Assembly: GCA_903873735.1 (NCBI GenBank)
Contig: CAIQPO010000037.1
Coordinates: forward strand, 1 to 46,538
Reading direction: 5' to 3'
DNA: 46,538 nt
Source: Candidatus Collierbacteria bacterium
GTDB lineage: Bacteria > Patescibacteriota > Microgenomatia > UBA1400 > MFAQ01
Each line of letters starts with the position of its first letter. Within the stretch, counting starts at the first letter, position 1. Shown piece after piece: positions 11,101-20,094 of this stretch. The notes under the pieces were generated by a model. It searched no databases. It had not been told where the DNA came from and saw only the letters and a list, made by a program, of their open reading frames with translations. The position numbers and the translations under genes are program-made.

Positions 11101-11860
11101 ATTCTTCAAGTTTGGCGAATTCTGCGTCCGAAAGGAGTGAGTTGGCTCTAACTCTGTCGACTAAAGCTTCAAGTTTACTGTAGATTTCTTCAGTAACAGA
11201 AAGCTCAACTACCATCTGTTCTCTTAATTGAGCAATTTTTTGTTTGCTTTCTACTTTAAGGTCATCGGACTTCATTTCTAATTCATCCTTAACTTTGACC
11301 TTCTTTTTTAGCTCGGTGAGTTGTGTTTTACCTTTGTCCTTTAAGTCTTCAATTTGTTTGTCAAAGTTGGCTCTAACTTCGTTTAATTTGGCTTCAAGTT
11401 GGGTAGCAATTGATTTCTTAGCCTCATCTCTACCCTCTTCATCAACACTCATAACTAAGTATTTAGAGAAATAGATAACTGACGTAAGAGCCTTAGGAGA
11501 AATGTCTAGAAGGAGAGAGAGCTTACTAGGAGCGCCCTTGAAAAACCATACATGAGCTACAGGAGCAGCAAGTTCGATATGACCCATTCTCTCGCGCCTA
11601 ACTCTTGAAAGAGTAACTTCAACTCCACATTTGTCACAAACGATACCCTTAAAACGAACTCTTTTGTATTTTCCACAGTAACACTCCCAGTCCTTGGTTG
11701 GACCGAAGGTGCGCTCACAAAAAAGACCGTCTTTTTCTGGTTTTTGGGTGCGGTAATTAATAGTTTCTGGTTTGGTGACTTGTCCATGAGACCATTTTTT
11801 GATGTCCTCTGGGGAAGCAAGTCTGATTTGCAAACCGGTAAAGTCAACTATGTTATTCAT
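8150..11860 (-). CDS. rpoC: DNA-directed RNA polymerase subunit beta-prime
   Basis: 1236-aa ORF with a Zn-binding CYCGKYK...CDKCGVEV segment and the catalytic [12 protein letters not shown] motif. Ends with TGA. Confidence 0.99.
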   Translation of the reverse strand: MNNIVDFTGLQIRLASPEDIKKWSHGQVTKPETINYRTQKPEKDGLFCERTFGPTKDWECYCGKYKRVRFKGIVCDKCGVEVTLSRVRRERMGHIELAAPVAHVWFFKGAPSKLSLLLDISPKALTSVIYFSKYLVMSVDEEGRDEAKKSIATQLEAKLNEVRANFDKQIEDLKDKGKTQLTELKKKVKVKDELEMKSDDLKVESKQKIAQLREQMVVELSVTEEIYSKLEALVDRVRANSLLSDAEFAKLEEYSVAGFIKAGMGSESLLNALQQINLDNLVADLKEDLHSNSEAKRLKATKRLQVARGLLDSKIKPEWMILRVLPVIPPDLRPMVQLSGGRFAASDLNDLYRRVINRNNRLKHLIDLGAPEIILRNEKRMLQEAVDSLIDSSQARSSRRSRTGKTLKSLSDMLRGKQGRFRQNLLGKRVDYSGRSVIVVGPELKLNQCGLPKDMALEMFKPFVLHELIKQDMAPNVKAAKAIIEKRQPEVYDILEKITKKHPVLLNRAPTLHKLSIQAFWPKLIDGAAIRLHPVVCGGFNADFDGDQMAVHVPLTKKAILEAKKRMLPQYNLLKPAQGNPASIPDSKEMAIGVYYLTALDENLPVYSMPFASQADVLTAYQNNAIKVRQTVNVRLFPGDKQLTQTTAGRIMFNQILPAEWEFINRNLPRKEISSLFHRAIEELEVKRVVKLIDAVKNIGFEYATVSGLSFAISDNEMYADKESVIQEGNQKAKEIEDNYKLGLITDDERRKLTIQMWMDTAEDLAEKTWNTFSPTNPVRLIIDTGMGRITKNTIKQLSAMRGINVDPLGNFVELPTKGNFREGLSIFEYVTSVRGSRKGLTDTALRTADAGYLTRRLVDVSHDAIVRAEECGTDEFLTISSEDRTKVFAKRIVHRLSAKKVLNPTNKKVLVEAGEMITEPIAAAIEAAGVKEVEVRSPLTCKLRFGLCANCYGHNLASNVMAKIGDPAGVIAAQSIGEPGTQLTMRTKHSGGVAGVDVTQGLPRVTELFEVRTPKLAAPVAEVSGKVKVVETDNGNLVTITPTGKGTKEDRKEYLIPLAMPLKVEDGDIVAIGSILASGGVDIKNLLRVKGLRASQVYLIGEIQGIYESQGIGIHDKHFEVIVRKMCDYVRIDNVGDTSLVAGDVISRGAYEMANEAAIAQGGEPATATNLILGTIRAALHTDSWLSAASFQDTTSVLTDSAVQGRIDHLIGMKENVIIGRLIPTSKNRAKLENI

Positions 11861-11881
11861 TGTTTTTTTGTTTGCGTTTAA

Positions 11882-14800
11882 TTACTGATTATCAGCTTCA
11901 ATTGATTCTTGATTTCCGAAGTCTCCGGCTTCAGCTGCTTCTTCCGACAGCTCTTCTGCCTCATACTGATCAGCTGGAGCTGTGTCTGGTTCTTCTTCGG
12001 GCACAAGTGGAAGGGTATCTTCGGTCATTATTTGAGCAATTTCTGGCCTTATAGCTGACTCATTAATTTCTTCAGAAACGACATTACCAGTGGGTACAAC
12101 TGCCAAACCGAGTGAATTTAGTTCTTTAACCAGCACTTTAAATGACTCTGGGACAGAAGACATGGGAATCTCTTCACCTTTGACGATGGCTTCAAATGCC
12201 TTAGACCTGCCGACCACGTCGTCTGATTTGAGAGTAAGCATTTCTTGTAGAGAATAGGCAGCCTTATGTGCTTCAAGAGCCCAGACTTCCATTTCTCCCA
12301 AACGCTGTCCACCCATTTGTGCTTTACCACCAAGAGGCTGCTGGGTAACTAAGGAGTAAGGTCCAATTGAGCGGGCATGGGTCTTGTCCTCGACCATGTG
12401 GTTAAGCTTGATGATGTATCCCAAGCCAACTGCGGTTTCTTGTTCAAAAGGTAGACCAGTACGCCCGTCAAAGAGTTGCATCTTACCTGATAAGGGTAAG
12501 CCAGCTTCTTTGAGGAGGTCATTGATAGTACTCTCATCGACATTCTCGAAAACTGGAGTAGCGACTCTCTTGCCAACTTTTTGAGCAGCAAAACCTACTT
12601 GTGCTTCGAGAAGCTGTCCGAGGTTCATACGGGCTAGTACTGAAAGAGGAGAGATAATGATGTCTATTGGAGTACCATCTGGTAAGTAAGGCATGTCGGC
12701 AGTGGAGATAACTTTGGAGATAACACCTTTGTTACCGTGACGTCCTGCAACCTTATCACCAACTGTGATTTTTCTTAGCTGGGCAACTCTAATCTTAATT
12801 TGGCGAATAACTCCTGACTCAAGTTCATCTCCAGAGTCTCTATCTAGAACTTGGACTGATATAACAGTACCCTGTTCACCGTGAGGCATTCTAAGAGATG
12901 TGTCGCGAACTTCTCTAGCTTTTTCACCGAAGATTGCTCTTAGAAGACGTTCTTCAGCAGTAAGCTCTGTTTCGCCTTTGGGAGCAATTTTTCCGACTAA
13001 GATGTCGTTTGGTCCGACGACTGAACCGATGGCAATGATACCGTCTGAACTAAGGTCTTTGAGGTCTGCTTCGGAAACGTTGGGGATATCTCGGGTAAGT
13101 TCTTCAGGGCCAAGCTTTGTGTCCATAACATCACAAACATGCTCGTGAATTGAGATGGAAGAAAGTAAATCTTCTTTGACAACGCGATCAGAGACAACAA
13201 TGGCATCTTCGTAGCCTAGTCCTTCAAATGAAGCATAGGCTATGACCAAATTTTGACCAAGAGCTAACTCTCCGGCTTCAGCGGCTGGTCCGTTGATAAT
13301 TAAGTCACCTTTATTTACAGCATCACCAACTACTACTCCGGGTGTTTGGTTGTAGCAAGTATCCTGTGAAGTGCCAAAGTATTTTCTTAAATGATAGGTC
13401 TCGATTCCTTTTTCAACATCAACAAAACCATATTCATAAGGTGAAAGTTCATTCTCTGCGGTTTTGGCATCTTCAGGTGAAAGCTTGATGGAAACATGAG
13501 ACGCATCTACAGAAACCACTTCACCTGAGTGTCTGGCTCTGACAACCCAACCCATAGATTCTGCGACTGAAGCCTCCATGCCTGTACCAACTACTGGAGC
13601 AGCGGGCTTGACGAGAGGGAGAGCTTGAGTAAGATGGTGGGTGCCCATAAGAGCACGAGTACCATCATCATGTTGGACGAAGGGAATCAGTGAGGCTGAT
13701 GTACCCACAACCTGACGAGGTACAACATCAATGTATTGAACTAAATTGACATCTGCTTCAATGAATTTTCCTTGATATCTAACCGGAACCCATTTGTCTA
13801 AAATGGTGTCTCCATCACGCTTCACCCAAGCGTGGGTGATATATGCGTCCTCTTCGTCGTCGGCAGCCAAGTAGACAACCTCGTCGGTAACACGCATTAC
13901 TGATTTACCGTTTTTCTCTTCTTTTACTACTTTAAGGTAAGGAGCTTCGAGGAAACCGTAGTCATTAACCTTGGAGTATAAGGCGAGGTAAGTAACCAAA
14001 CCGATATTTGGTCCTTCAGGAGATCTTACTGGACAGGTACGAGAGTATTGGGATGAGTGAATATCACGCATGGAGAAACTAGCTCTCTCACGAGTAATAC
14101 CTCCTGGTCCCATAACAGAAATACGGCGAAGGTTGTCAATTTCCGCGAGAGGATTAACTTGGTCGAGAATAGAGGAGAGTCTGTTTCGGCGGAAGAATTC
14201 GGTGATTGATGAGATTATTGGTCTGGGGTTTACAAACGCGGCTGGGGTAGGAAGCTCATCTGGTTTGGATAGAGACATCTTTTCTTTGATGGATCTCTCT
14301 AATCTCAGGAGACCTACTTTGAAGGCGGTTTGGTTTACTAATTCACCAACACATCTAATTCTGCGATTGGCCAAGTGATCTATGTCGTCTGTTTTTCCTT
14401 TTCCATTTTGAAGACTAATTAGGTAGCGCATGGTTCCAACAAAATCATCGACTGAAAGAGTGACGTGCTGCTTATCGATAGGAGTTGAGAGACCGAGCTT
14501 GCGGTTAAGTTTGTAGCGTCCAACTAAGCCAAGATTGTAGCGTCGGTAATCAAAAAACATTTGGTGAAGGAGAGCTTTAGCATTTTCAAGCACAGCTGGT
14601 TCACCAGGTCTGATTTTTTGGTAGAACTCTAAAAGTGCCTCTTCAGTGTTTGAGGAGGTGTCTTTTAGAAGAGTGGTGGCGATGTAAGGATGATCAGCGT
14701 TAGAATCTACATCCTCAAAGAGTTTGTGAATCTGATCATTGTCTGAGTATCCAAGAGCGCGAATGAGGGTGGTAGCAGAAACCTTGCGATGTCTATCGAT

Positions 14801-15334
14801 TCTTACTGACAGGTGGTCATTTTTACTGACCAACAGTTCTAACCAAGAACCTCTCATAGGTCTGATTTCCCCTTGGAACAAGGCTCTTCCTGAGTGAGGA
14901 TCGACTTCTTTAGTGAAGTAGACTCCTGGAGATCTAACAACCTGAGAAACGACAACACGTTCTACACCATTGATGATGAAAGTACCGGTGTTGGTCATCA
15001 TGGGGATGTCTCCGAGGAAAATTTCTTGTTGTTGGGTGGCTTTGGAATGGAGGTTGGTGAGTTTGACGGTAGCCCAGAGAGGAGCTTCAAAGGTGACTCC
15101 CTTTTCCATGGCTGTTATGGGAGTGATTTTGGGCAAGCCGACACGAGAAGAAAGGAATTCGAATTCAAATACTTTTCCGGTGAAGTCCCTGATTGGGTTC
15201 AGTTCGGTTAAGGACTCTTGGATTCCCTCTTCAAGGAATTGTTTGTACGAGTCTAGCTGTATTTCAGTGAGATCAAGCTCTTTTAACTTTGGGGTGATCT
15301 TTCCCCAGTTTTCGCGATTGATTTTTTTAATCAT
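11882..15334 (-). CDS. rpoB: DNA-directed RNA polymerase subunit beta
   Basis: Conserved beta motifs are present (GEMEVWALEAHKAAY and others). I prefer the ATG at 15334 (MIKKINRENWGK). The ORF-track start at 15379 is a TTG lying just downstream of the leader hairpin and T-run. Confidence 0.97.
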   Translation of the reverse strand: MIKKINRENWGKITPKLKELDLTEIQLDSYKQFLEEGIQESLTELNPIRDFTGKVFEFEFLSSRVGLPKITPITAMEKGVTFEAPLWATVKLTNLHSKATQQQEIFLGDIPMMTNTGTFIINGVERVVVSQVVRSPGVYFTKEVDPHSGRALFQGEIRPMRGSWLELLVSKNDHLSVRIDRHRKVSATTLIRALGYSDNDQIHKLFEDVDSNADHPYIATTLLKDTSSNTEEALLEFYQKIRPGEPAVLENAKALLHQMFFDYRRYNLGLVGRYKLNRKLGLSTPIDKQHVTLSVDDFVGTMRYLISLQNGKGKTDDIDHLANRRIRCVGELVNQTAFKVGLLRLERSIKEKMSLSKPDELPTPAAFVNPRPIISSITEFFRRNRLSSILDQVNPLAEIDNLRRISVMGPGGITRERASFSMRDIHSSQYSRTCPVRSPEGPNIGLVTYLALYSKVNDYGFLEAPYLKVVKEEKNGKSVMRVTDEVVYLAADDEEDAYITHAWVKRDGDTILDKWVPVRYQGKFIEADVNLVQYIDVVPRQVVGTSASLIPFVQHDDGTRALMGTHHLTQALPLVKPAAPVVGTGMEASVAESMGWVVRARHSGEVVSVDASHVSIKLSPEDAKTAENELSPYEYGFVDVEKGIETYHLRKYFGTSQDTCYNQTPGVVVGDAVNKGDLIINGPAAEAGELALGQNLVIAYASFEGLGYEDAIVVSDRVVKEDLLSSISIHEHVCDVMDTKLGPEELTRDIPNVSEADLKDLSSDGIIAIGSVVGPNDILVGKIAPKGETELTAEERLLRAIFGEKAREVRDTSLRMPHGEQGTVISVQVLDRDSGDELESGVIRQIKIRVAQLRKITVGDKVAGRHGNKGVISKVISTADMPYLPDGTPIDIIISPLSVLARMNLGQLLEAQVGFAAQKVGKRVATPVFENVDESTINDLLKEAGLPLSGKMQLFDGRTGLPFEQETAVGLGYIIKLNHMVEDKTHARSIGPYSLVTQQPLGGKAQMGGQRLGEMEVWALEAHKAAYSLQEMLTLKSDDVVGRSKAFEAIVKGEEIPMSSVPESFKVLVKELNSLGLAVVPTGNVVSEEINESAIRPEIAQIMTEDTLPLVPEEEPDTAPADQYEAEELSEEAAEAGDFGNQESIEADNQ

Positions 15335-15383
15335 CCGTATTTTTTGGTATTTTTGGGCAGAAATGATAACAATGCGCAAACGT

Positions 15384-15412
15384 ACAAAAACCTGGCCCGA
15401 AAAAAGGCCAAG
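15384..15412 (-). terminator. Terminator-like hairpin in the rpoB leader (candidate attenuator)
   Basis: Minus strand has CTTGGCC, an 8-nt loop, then GGCCAGG (7 bp including one G-U pair), followed by TTTTTGT. It lies between the predicted promoter and the rpoB start. Confidence 0.55.
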
Positions 15413-15429
15413 TTCATAGCAGTGTTGTT

Positions 15430-15459
15430 AGTATACAGTGAATTACACCCAAGTGTCAA
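15430..15459 (-). promoter_or_regulatory. sigma70-like promoter upstream of rpoB
   Basis: Minus strand reads TTGACA, 18 nt, TATACT. It starts about 15 nt after the mltG stop. Confidence 0.5.
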
Positions 15460-15474
15460 CAATATAATTTAAGT

Positions 15475-16464
15475 CTAACGACAGTCTTTTTTCAAGTATA
15501 GACAGACATTTTGATTATGCTCTTCCACTGTCTTGGCAAAATGAATTACCCCCTGGGCATCATGTAAATAGAACCAGAAGGGAGTGGAGGCGGGAGACAG
15601 CGCAGCAGATAGACTGTCTTTACCAGGATTTGATATTGGTGCGGGTGGCAATCCTGGATTGGCATAGGTATTAAATGGTGATTTGATTTGCAGGTCCTGT
15701 TTGGTGATACTTACCGGCCACCAATCGCAATCAGCTTTTTTACATCTGTTAGTGGCAATTATGTACTGAACGGTAGCGTCTATTTGGAGTGGCCACCCGG
15801 CTTTTAGCCTATTGCTAATTACACCAGCAATCTCTTTCATCTCTGATGCGTCACCAGCTTCTCTTTCAAGAAGCGAGGCGATGATTATGATTTCCTTTTG
15901 CTTTTCAACGGGGACTTTTAAATCGGCGAGAGCCCTTTTGTGTGTGTCTGTAAGTCGTGAAATCACGGTTTGAGTGTCGGTTTTTGGGTCAAGGTCATAG
16001 GTGTCGGGGAAGAGCTGGCCTTCAAGACTGGTTGTTTGTTTTATGAATTCGTCAACAGAAAAGGTGGTTTCTGGGTTTGATTTGAGAAGTGCTTTATGGA
16101 TAATAAGCGCCATTTCATGGCGACGAAGTCCCTCAGGAAGCGTAACTCTGGTTTGTTTTGTGGAGGCTTTGGTAAGTTTGTTGGCGATAATTACAGTGCT
16201 TTCATTGGGAGATAATTTGAAGAAACCAGCTTGAATCTTGCTGGCAAGTCCAAGACGAATTACGGTAAATTTAAAGGCTGTGCGGGATCTGATTAGTTTT
16301 AGGTTACTTAACTTATTGGCAATTTGATCAACACTTTCTCCGGAGGCAATTTCTACCTCGATTTCGGGAAATGAGTGTAGGGTAACAGGCCTGACTGCTT
16401 GGAGGTACCAAAAGAGGCAAAAAAGAGTAATGCCGGTAAGGGCAAAGAATAATCTTTTAATCAT
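15475..16464 (-). CDS. mltG: Endolytic murein transglycosylase MltG (YceG family)
   Basis: 329-aa ORF with an N-terminal TM helix. YceG-like motifs include LPEGLRRHEMA, ASLLEREAG, NRLKAGWPLQIDATVQY and YNTYANPGLPPAPISNPG. Confidence 0.87.
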   Translation of the reverse strand: MIKRLFFALTGITLFCLFWYLQAVRPVTLHSFPEIEVEIASGESVDQIANKLSNLKLIRSRTAFKFTVIRLGLASKIQAGFFKLSPNESTVIIANKLTKASTKQTRVTLPEGLRRHEMALIIHKALLKSNPETTFSVDEFIKQTTSLEGQLFPDTYDLDPKTDTQTVISRLTDTHKRALADLKVPVEKQKEIIIIASLLEREAGDASEMKEIAGVISNRLKAGWPLQIDATVQYIIATNRCKKADCDWWPVSITKQDLQIKSPFNTYANPGLPPAPISNPGKDSLSAALSPASTPFWFYLHDAQGVIHFAKTVEEHNQNVCLYLKKDCR

Positions 16465-16466
16465 AA

Positions 16467-16673
16467 TTAAACTTCACTAAGGAGTGCTCTGCGATAGGTT
16501 TTCTTTTTGGGGTCGTAGATAAAAATTCGACCACATTTACAAGTAACTTGTTCGCAGGAGCTGACCTTGGTGGACGGTTTTTTAAAGCCGTTTTCAAGGG
16601 CAGTGCCGCAGCCAACACAAGATCCTCGTGAGAGAAGCCAGGCTTGAACTGGGGCAATGATGTTTTTTAACAT
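16467..16673 (-). CDS. Small Cys-rich (zinc-ribbon-like) protein, 68 aa
   Basis: ATG-initiated ORF tightly packed between ruvX and mltG, with a 2-nt gap to mltG. It carries CVGC...C-x4-CKC cysteines. I prefer it over the overlapping alternative frame 16457..16657. Confidence 0.5.
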   Translation of the reverse strand: MLKNIIAPVQAWLLSRGSCVGCGTALENGFKKPSTKVSSCEQVTCKCGRIFIYDPKKKTYRRALLSEV

Positions 16674-16696
16674 ACAGCTATTCTGACCGAGAAGGA

Positions 16697-17101
16697 CTAT
16701 TTTTGCAACCCAGACTGGTCAAGATATCGTTGAAGTATAACTGCTGCTGCTGTCATGTGCTCTCTCTGCTTTCTCTCGCGGGTGGATTTTTCTATTTGGA
16801 ACAATATTTGTCGTGCTTCTTTAGAGCTTATACTTTCCTCGAAAAGCACAACTTCTCCTGAAAAAAAGCTTTGGAGGCGATCCCTTAGCGATTCTGCCAG
16901 TCTGACTGTAGAACCAGACTCGGGAACACCAATGACAATCACACATGGATTATGTTTGTTAATGATGGGTATAAGCTTACCCACAAGCGATGAAAAATCT
17001 CTTTCGAAAATTGTACACAGAGGCTCCGCCAGTATTCCCTCCCTGGAGATGGCAATGCCGGTATGAGCAGCTCCAGGGTCTAGACAAACTACAGATTTCA
17101 T
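16697..17101 (-). CDS. ruvX: Putative pre-16S rRNA nuclease / Holliday junction resolvase-like RuvX (YqgF)
   Basis: 134-aa ORF. The N-terminal VVCLDPGAAHTGIA matches the YqgF DxG pattern. It shows the conserved ruvX-mltG adjacency. Confidence 0.85.
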   Translation of the reverse strand: MKSVVCLDPGAAHTGIAISREGILAEPLCTIFERDFSSLVGKLIPIINKHNPCVIVIGVPESGSTVRLAESLRDRLQSFFSGEVVLFEESISSKEARQILFQIEKSTRERKQREHMTAAAVILQRYLDQSGLQK

Positions 17102-17109
17102 AGGGTATT

Positions 17110-17889
17110 CTAATTCTTAATCAGCTGGGCTTCAACGATAAGTCGACGAAGTGTCGTTCCTGGCGGAACACAGGTGACAAGCTTTAGTGACTTTTGAGAG
17201 TAGTCCTGCCTTAGTACCCAGAGTTCGTTTGGCTTGACCTCGTAGGTCTTTATAACTCTATATGTGTATTCAATTCCATCGAAGCTTACAAAAATATCTG
17301 ATCCGACTTTGATTTTGGGCAGAGTGGTGAAGATCGTTTTGTAGTTTTGCGGATCAAAAAACTGTGGAAGAGTAGAGTGACCAAATATCACAGGTGAACC
17401 GTACTGACCTGGTAATGCTGTTTGGGGATAGTGAACTAGAGTTTTGGTAAGATCTTCGTTTTTTAAGCTTACGTCAGAGTCTTCTAACCCAAGCGAGGGT
17501 ATGGATATTAAGTAATTTTCTGGAGCCTTTCCGTCGGTGACATTTGAAGTGTAGCTGGCCTGGGCAAAAAGATCATTTTGAAGACTGCCAGGGAACCAGG
17601 AACTGGCTTTGGTAGAGTCGATACTGGAGGCACCTATGACTGATGGACCGGTGTTTTGAGTGTCTTCTGCGAGCAACTCAAAAGAAGCTGGTGAAAGTGG
17701 ACCAGTATCCTCAAAAAAAGTCTGTAGATTTATCCCTTGGAGCTGATAGCTAACCATAGGGTAGGCAACTGAGGCAACTAGTCCTAACCCAAGAGCAGAA
17801 ACTATGGTTGGGAAAGCTTTTAGGTACGTTGGAATCATTCTCCCTGGATGAGGATTTTTGGGTGTTGCTTTGCGATACCCGTAAAGCAT
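17110..17889 (-). CDS. Sortase-family transpeptidase
   Basis: 259-aa ORF with an N-terminal TM helix. The catalytic triad context is VIFGHST (His), KLVTCVPPG (Cys) and LRRLIV (Arg). Confidence 0.85.
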   Translation of the reverse strand: MLYGYRKATPKNPHPGRMIPTYLKAFPTIVSALGLGLVASVAYPMVSYQLQGINLQTFFEDTGPLSPASFELLAEDTQNTGPSVIGASSIDSTKASSWFPGSLQNDLFAQASYTSNVTDGKAPENYLISIPSLGLEDSDVSLKNEDLTKTLVHYPQTALPGQYGSPVIFGHSTLPQFFDPQNYKTIFTTLPKIKVGSDIFVSFDGIEYTYRVIKTYEVKPNELWVLRQDYSQKSLKLVTCVPPGTTLRRLIVEAQLIKN

Positions 17890-20073
17890 TTATTTGGGAG
17901 TAACTACTATTTTTAGATTGTTTAGAGGAAGGTAAATTTTGCTGATGATTGGAAGGGCTGGATTAACAGAAAGTAAGACAGAGTCAAAGCCTTGGATATT
18001 TTGGATGATTACCTTGGCGTCTGAAAGTTTCTTACCTTTGATAATGTTGACATATTTATCTTGGTCGATACTGGAAAATATTTGGGCGTTAACCACCACC
18101 TTTACCAAGAAGTAGGAGTCCTTTCTGACAGGTTCGGCTAACTTTATCTCAGTTTTCTCGGCAGTCAAAGCTTTCCCAAGGGGGAGCTGTGACTGAAGCT
18201 CTTTTTGGGTAAGGTCAAATAAATCGGATTTTGTATATACGAGCACATCGATCGACCCAGCTAAATCCAGCGAGACATCATCAGCCTCGTCACCCAGGTT
18301 GTGGTTGAATTTTTTCTGACTAAATTGAAGATCATTGAGGACTAGGACTCCCTTGGTTTTATCTTGTGCCGAAAGCTTTTCTTGTGTTTCTTTTTTTATC
18401 TTTTCCGTAGCTTGGGTAAGCAGAGTTTCTAGGTCTTTTTTGTCAACAGCTTTTGCAGCCCGAGAAGTACCTCCGGTGAAATCTGCTTCAGCAACCGAAT
18501 AGGCTATGGTTTTGGAGTAGTTGTCTACTGAAAAAGTGGTGCTTTTTGAGAGATTAAATTCAGGTCCAATTTTCTGAGCTCTAACTGGTACTCCTTCTTT
18601 TTTACCAAACTCTTCTTTGCCACTTAGGAGATCAGCACTTTTTGAGGCAACAGTGACTGTTTCGGTGATAACAAAACCACCTCCACCCGTCTCAGATACC
18701 ATAATTGCTCCAGATTTTAGAGTTAGTGGAGAACTAGAACGGTTAAAAATGGTGACTGTGCCTGTAGCTTTCTCACCCACCGTGGTTTCTCCCGTGGTAG
18801 GAATGGTTTCTTTGGTACTGCCTGTGAGAGTTTGTTTGACAGCAATAAGTGTAGCACTGGTAGTGGCAGCTTTTTCAGCGACAGCAATGGCAATTGTAGA
18901 GCTAAAATTTTCTGGAATAACTTTAATCGTTATGGTGGCAGTACCTGCAAAGAAATAGTAGGCGACTGCGCCGATCAGTGCCAGGAAAATGACTCCTGCA
19001 ACAATTAGAGGAGACTTTGAGGGAATGCTGAATTTGGGCAAAGCAATGCTGGGGAGAGAAAGTTTGCGCCTAGGTTTAACTATTGAAGATTCAGACGAGT
19101 CAGATTCTACTTCCTCACCATTTGTAAGTGATGGCATCTCATTGATGATGGGGCCATTGCTTTCTCCAACCACTTCTTCAGGAGTAACTTCTGCCTCTGG
19201 AATCTCTTCTGGCGGGGAAGATTCTTCGTAGTGGAAGCCAAATTTGTCTAAATTGGGAATTTCCTTTTCTGGAGGAGCGAATACGTTTGACTCTTCCGAA
19301 AGTGGTTTTTCTGCTTCATCTTCTTTGATTTCTACACCTAAGTGCCCAGCGGCCTCTACCCCACCTGAAAGAGCAACTGCATTAATACTAAAATCTACAG
19401 GCAAAACTTCAACTTTAGGCATGTGGACAAAGGGCAGTTTTTCTTGCCATGGATATGCCAGTAGGTGTTGCTGCTCATCTTCAAGATTTCCACCATCAGT
19501 AAGTATGAAACGAGCGGGTAGACGATCAAATTCCATTCTGGTCAGGCCTTCTTCAACATCTCTTGCTAGATCCCCTGAGACACCAATTTCTTCTGTTGCC
19601 TCAACTTTACCCAATTTAACAACTGACACTACAATTTTTGTCTGGAATATTTCTAGGAGGATCGCAGTGGGAGGAATGCCTTCTTTCTTTTTAAGATAAT
19701 GAGTAATTGCTTGGGTGGTAGGTACAACTCCGATGGGCTCAAGACTCAATTCCTTAATCACATGAGCAATTAAGTTTTTCTTGGTGGGATGGATACCGGA
19801 ATCAGATAGCCAAGATTCTGGTAGTCCAAAAACCACTCTGTGTGGGGCGGGCTTGATATTTTTAGTGGCTTCGCTAATGGAGGCATCGATGCCGCAAATT
19901 AGTGATTCTTCGTCTTTCCACATCTCAAAAGATCCTGTAGCTGTGATCTTTGGCTCTCCTTCTTCAATCTCCCAACAAACTGATTTGATTAAAGATTCGT
20001 GGATTTCGATCGCCAAAAAATACTCTTTGGGAGGTGTGGTTTTTTTGTTTCCAAAAAGGTTAGTAATCTTCAT
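17890..20073 (-). CDS. Bitopic membrane protein with an N-terminal FtsA/PilM-like (actin-fold) domain that has degenerate ATP motifs, an acidic linker, a TM helix and a large beta-rich ectodomain
   Basis: 727-aa ORF. Residues 1-245 follow the FtsA/PilM pattern, but AIEIHES and LLEIFQTK replace the DxG phosphate loops. An E/P/S-rich linker spans about aa 250-340 and the TM helix is about aa 355-376. The stop abuts the sortase start. Confidence 0.75.
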   Translation of the reverse strand: MKITNLFGNKKTTPPKEYFLAIEIHESLIKSVCWEIEEGEPKITATGSFEMWKDEESLICGIDASISEATKNIKPAPHRVVFGLPESWLSDSGIHPTKKNLIAHVIKELSLEPIGVVPTTQAITHYLKKKEGIPPTAILLEIFQTKIVVSVVKLGKVEATEEIGVSGDLARDVEEGLTRMEFDRLPARFILTDGGNLEDEQQHLLAYPWQEKLPFVHMPKVEVLPVDFSINAVALSGGVEAAGHLGVEIKEDEAEKPLSEESNVFAPPEKEIPNLDKFGFHYEESSPPEEIPEAEVTPEEVVGESNGPIINEMPSLTNGEEVESDSSESSIVKPRRKLSLPSIALPKFSIPSKSPLIVAGVIFLALIGAVAYYFFAGTATITIKVIPENFSSTIAIAVAEKAATTSATLIAVKQTLTGSTKETIPTTGETTVGEKATGTVTIFNRSSSPLTLKSGAIMVSETGGGGFVITETVTVASKSADLLSGKEEFGKKEGVPVRAQKIGPEFNLSKSTTFSVDNYSKTIAYSVAEADFTGGTSRAAKAVDKKDLETLLTQATEKIKKETQEKLSAQDKTKGVLVLNDLQFSQKKFNHNLGDEADDVSLDLAGSIDVLVYTKSDLFDLTQKELQSQLPLGKALTAEKTEIKLAEPVRKDSYFLVKVVVNAQIFSSIDQDKYVNIIKGKKLSDAKVIIQNIQGFDSVLLSVNPALPIISKIYLPLNNLKIVVTPK

Positions 20074-20094
20074 TAGGGCAGACCTTGATTTGGT

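Noticed and set aside
15335-15379. 15-codon extension of rpoB from a TTG
   Set aside because: The TTG lies a few nt after the leader hairpin and T-run. The ATG at 15334 gives a canonical rpoB N-terminus.
16457-16657. 66-aa alternative frame between ruvX and mltG
   Set aside because: It overlaps the mltG start and the Cys-rich 68-aa frame. The latter fits the gap cleanly and has a CxxC pattern. Neither is proven.
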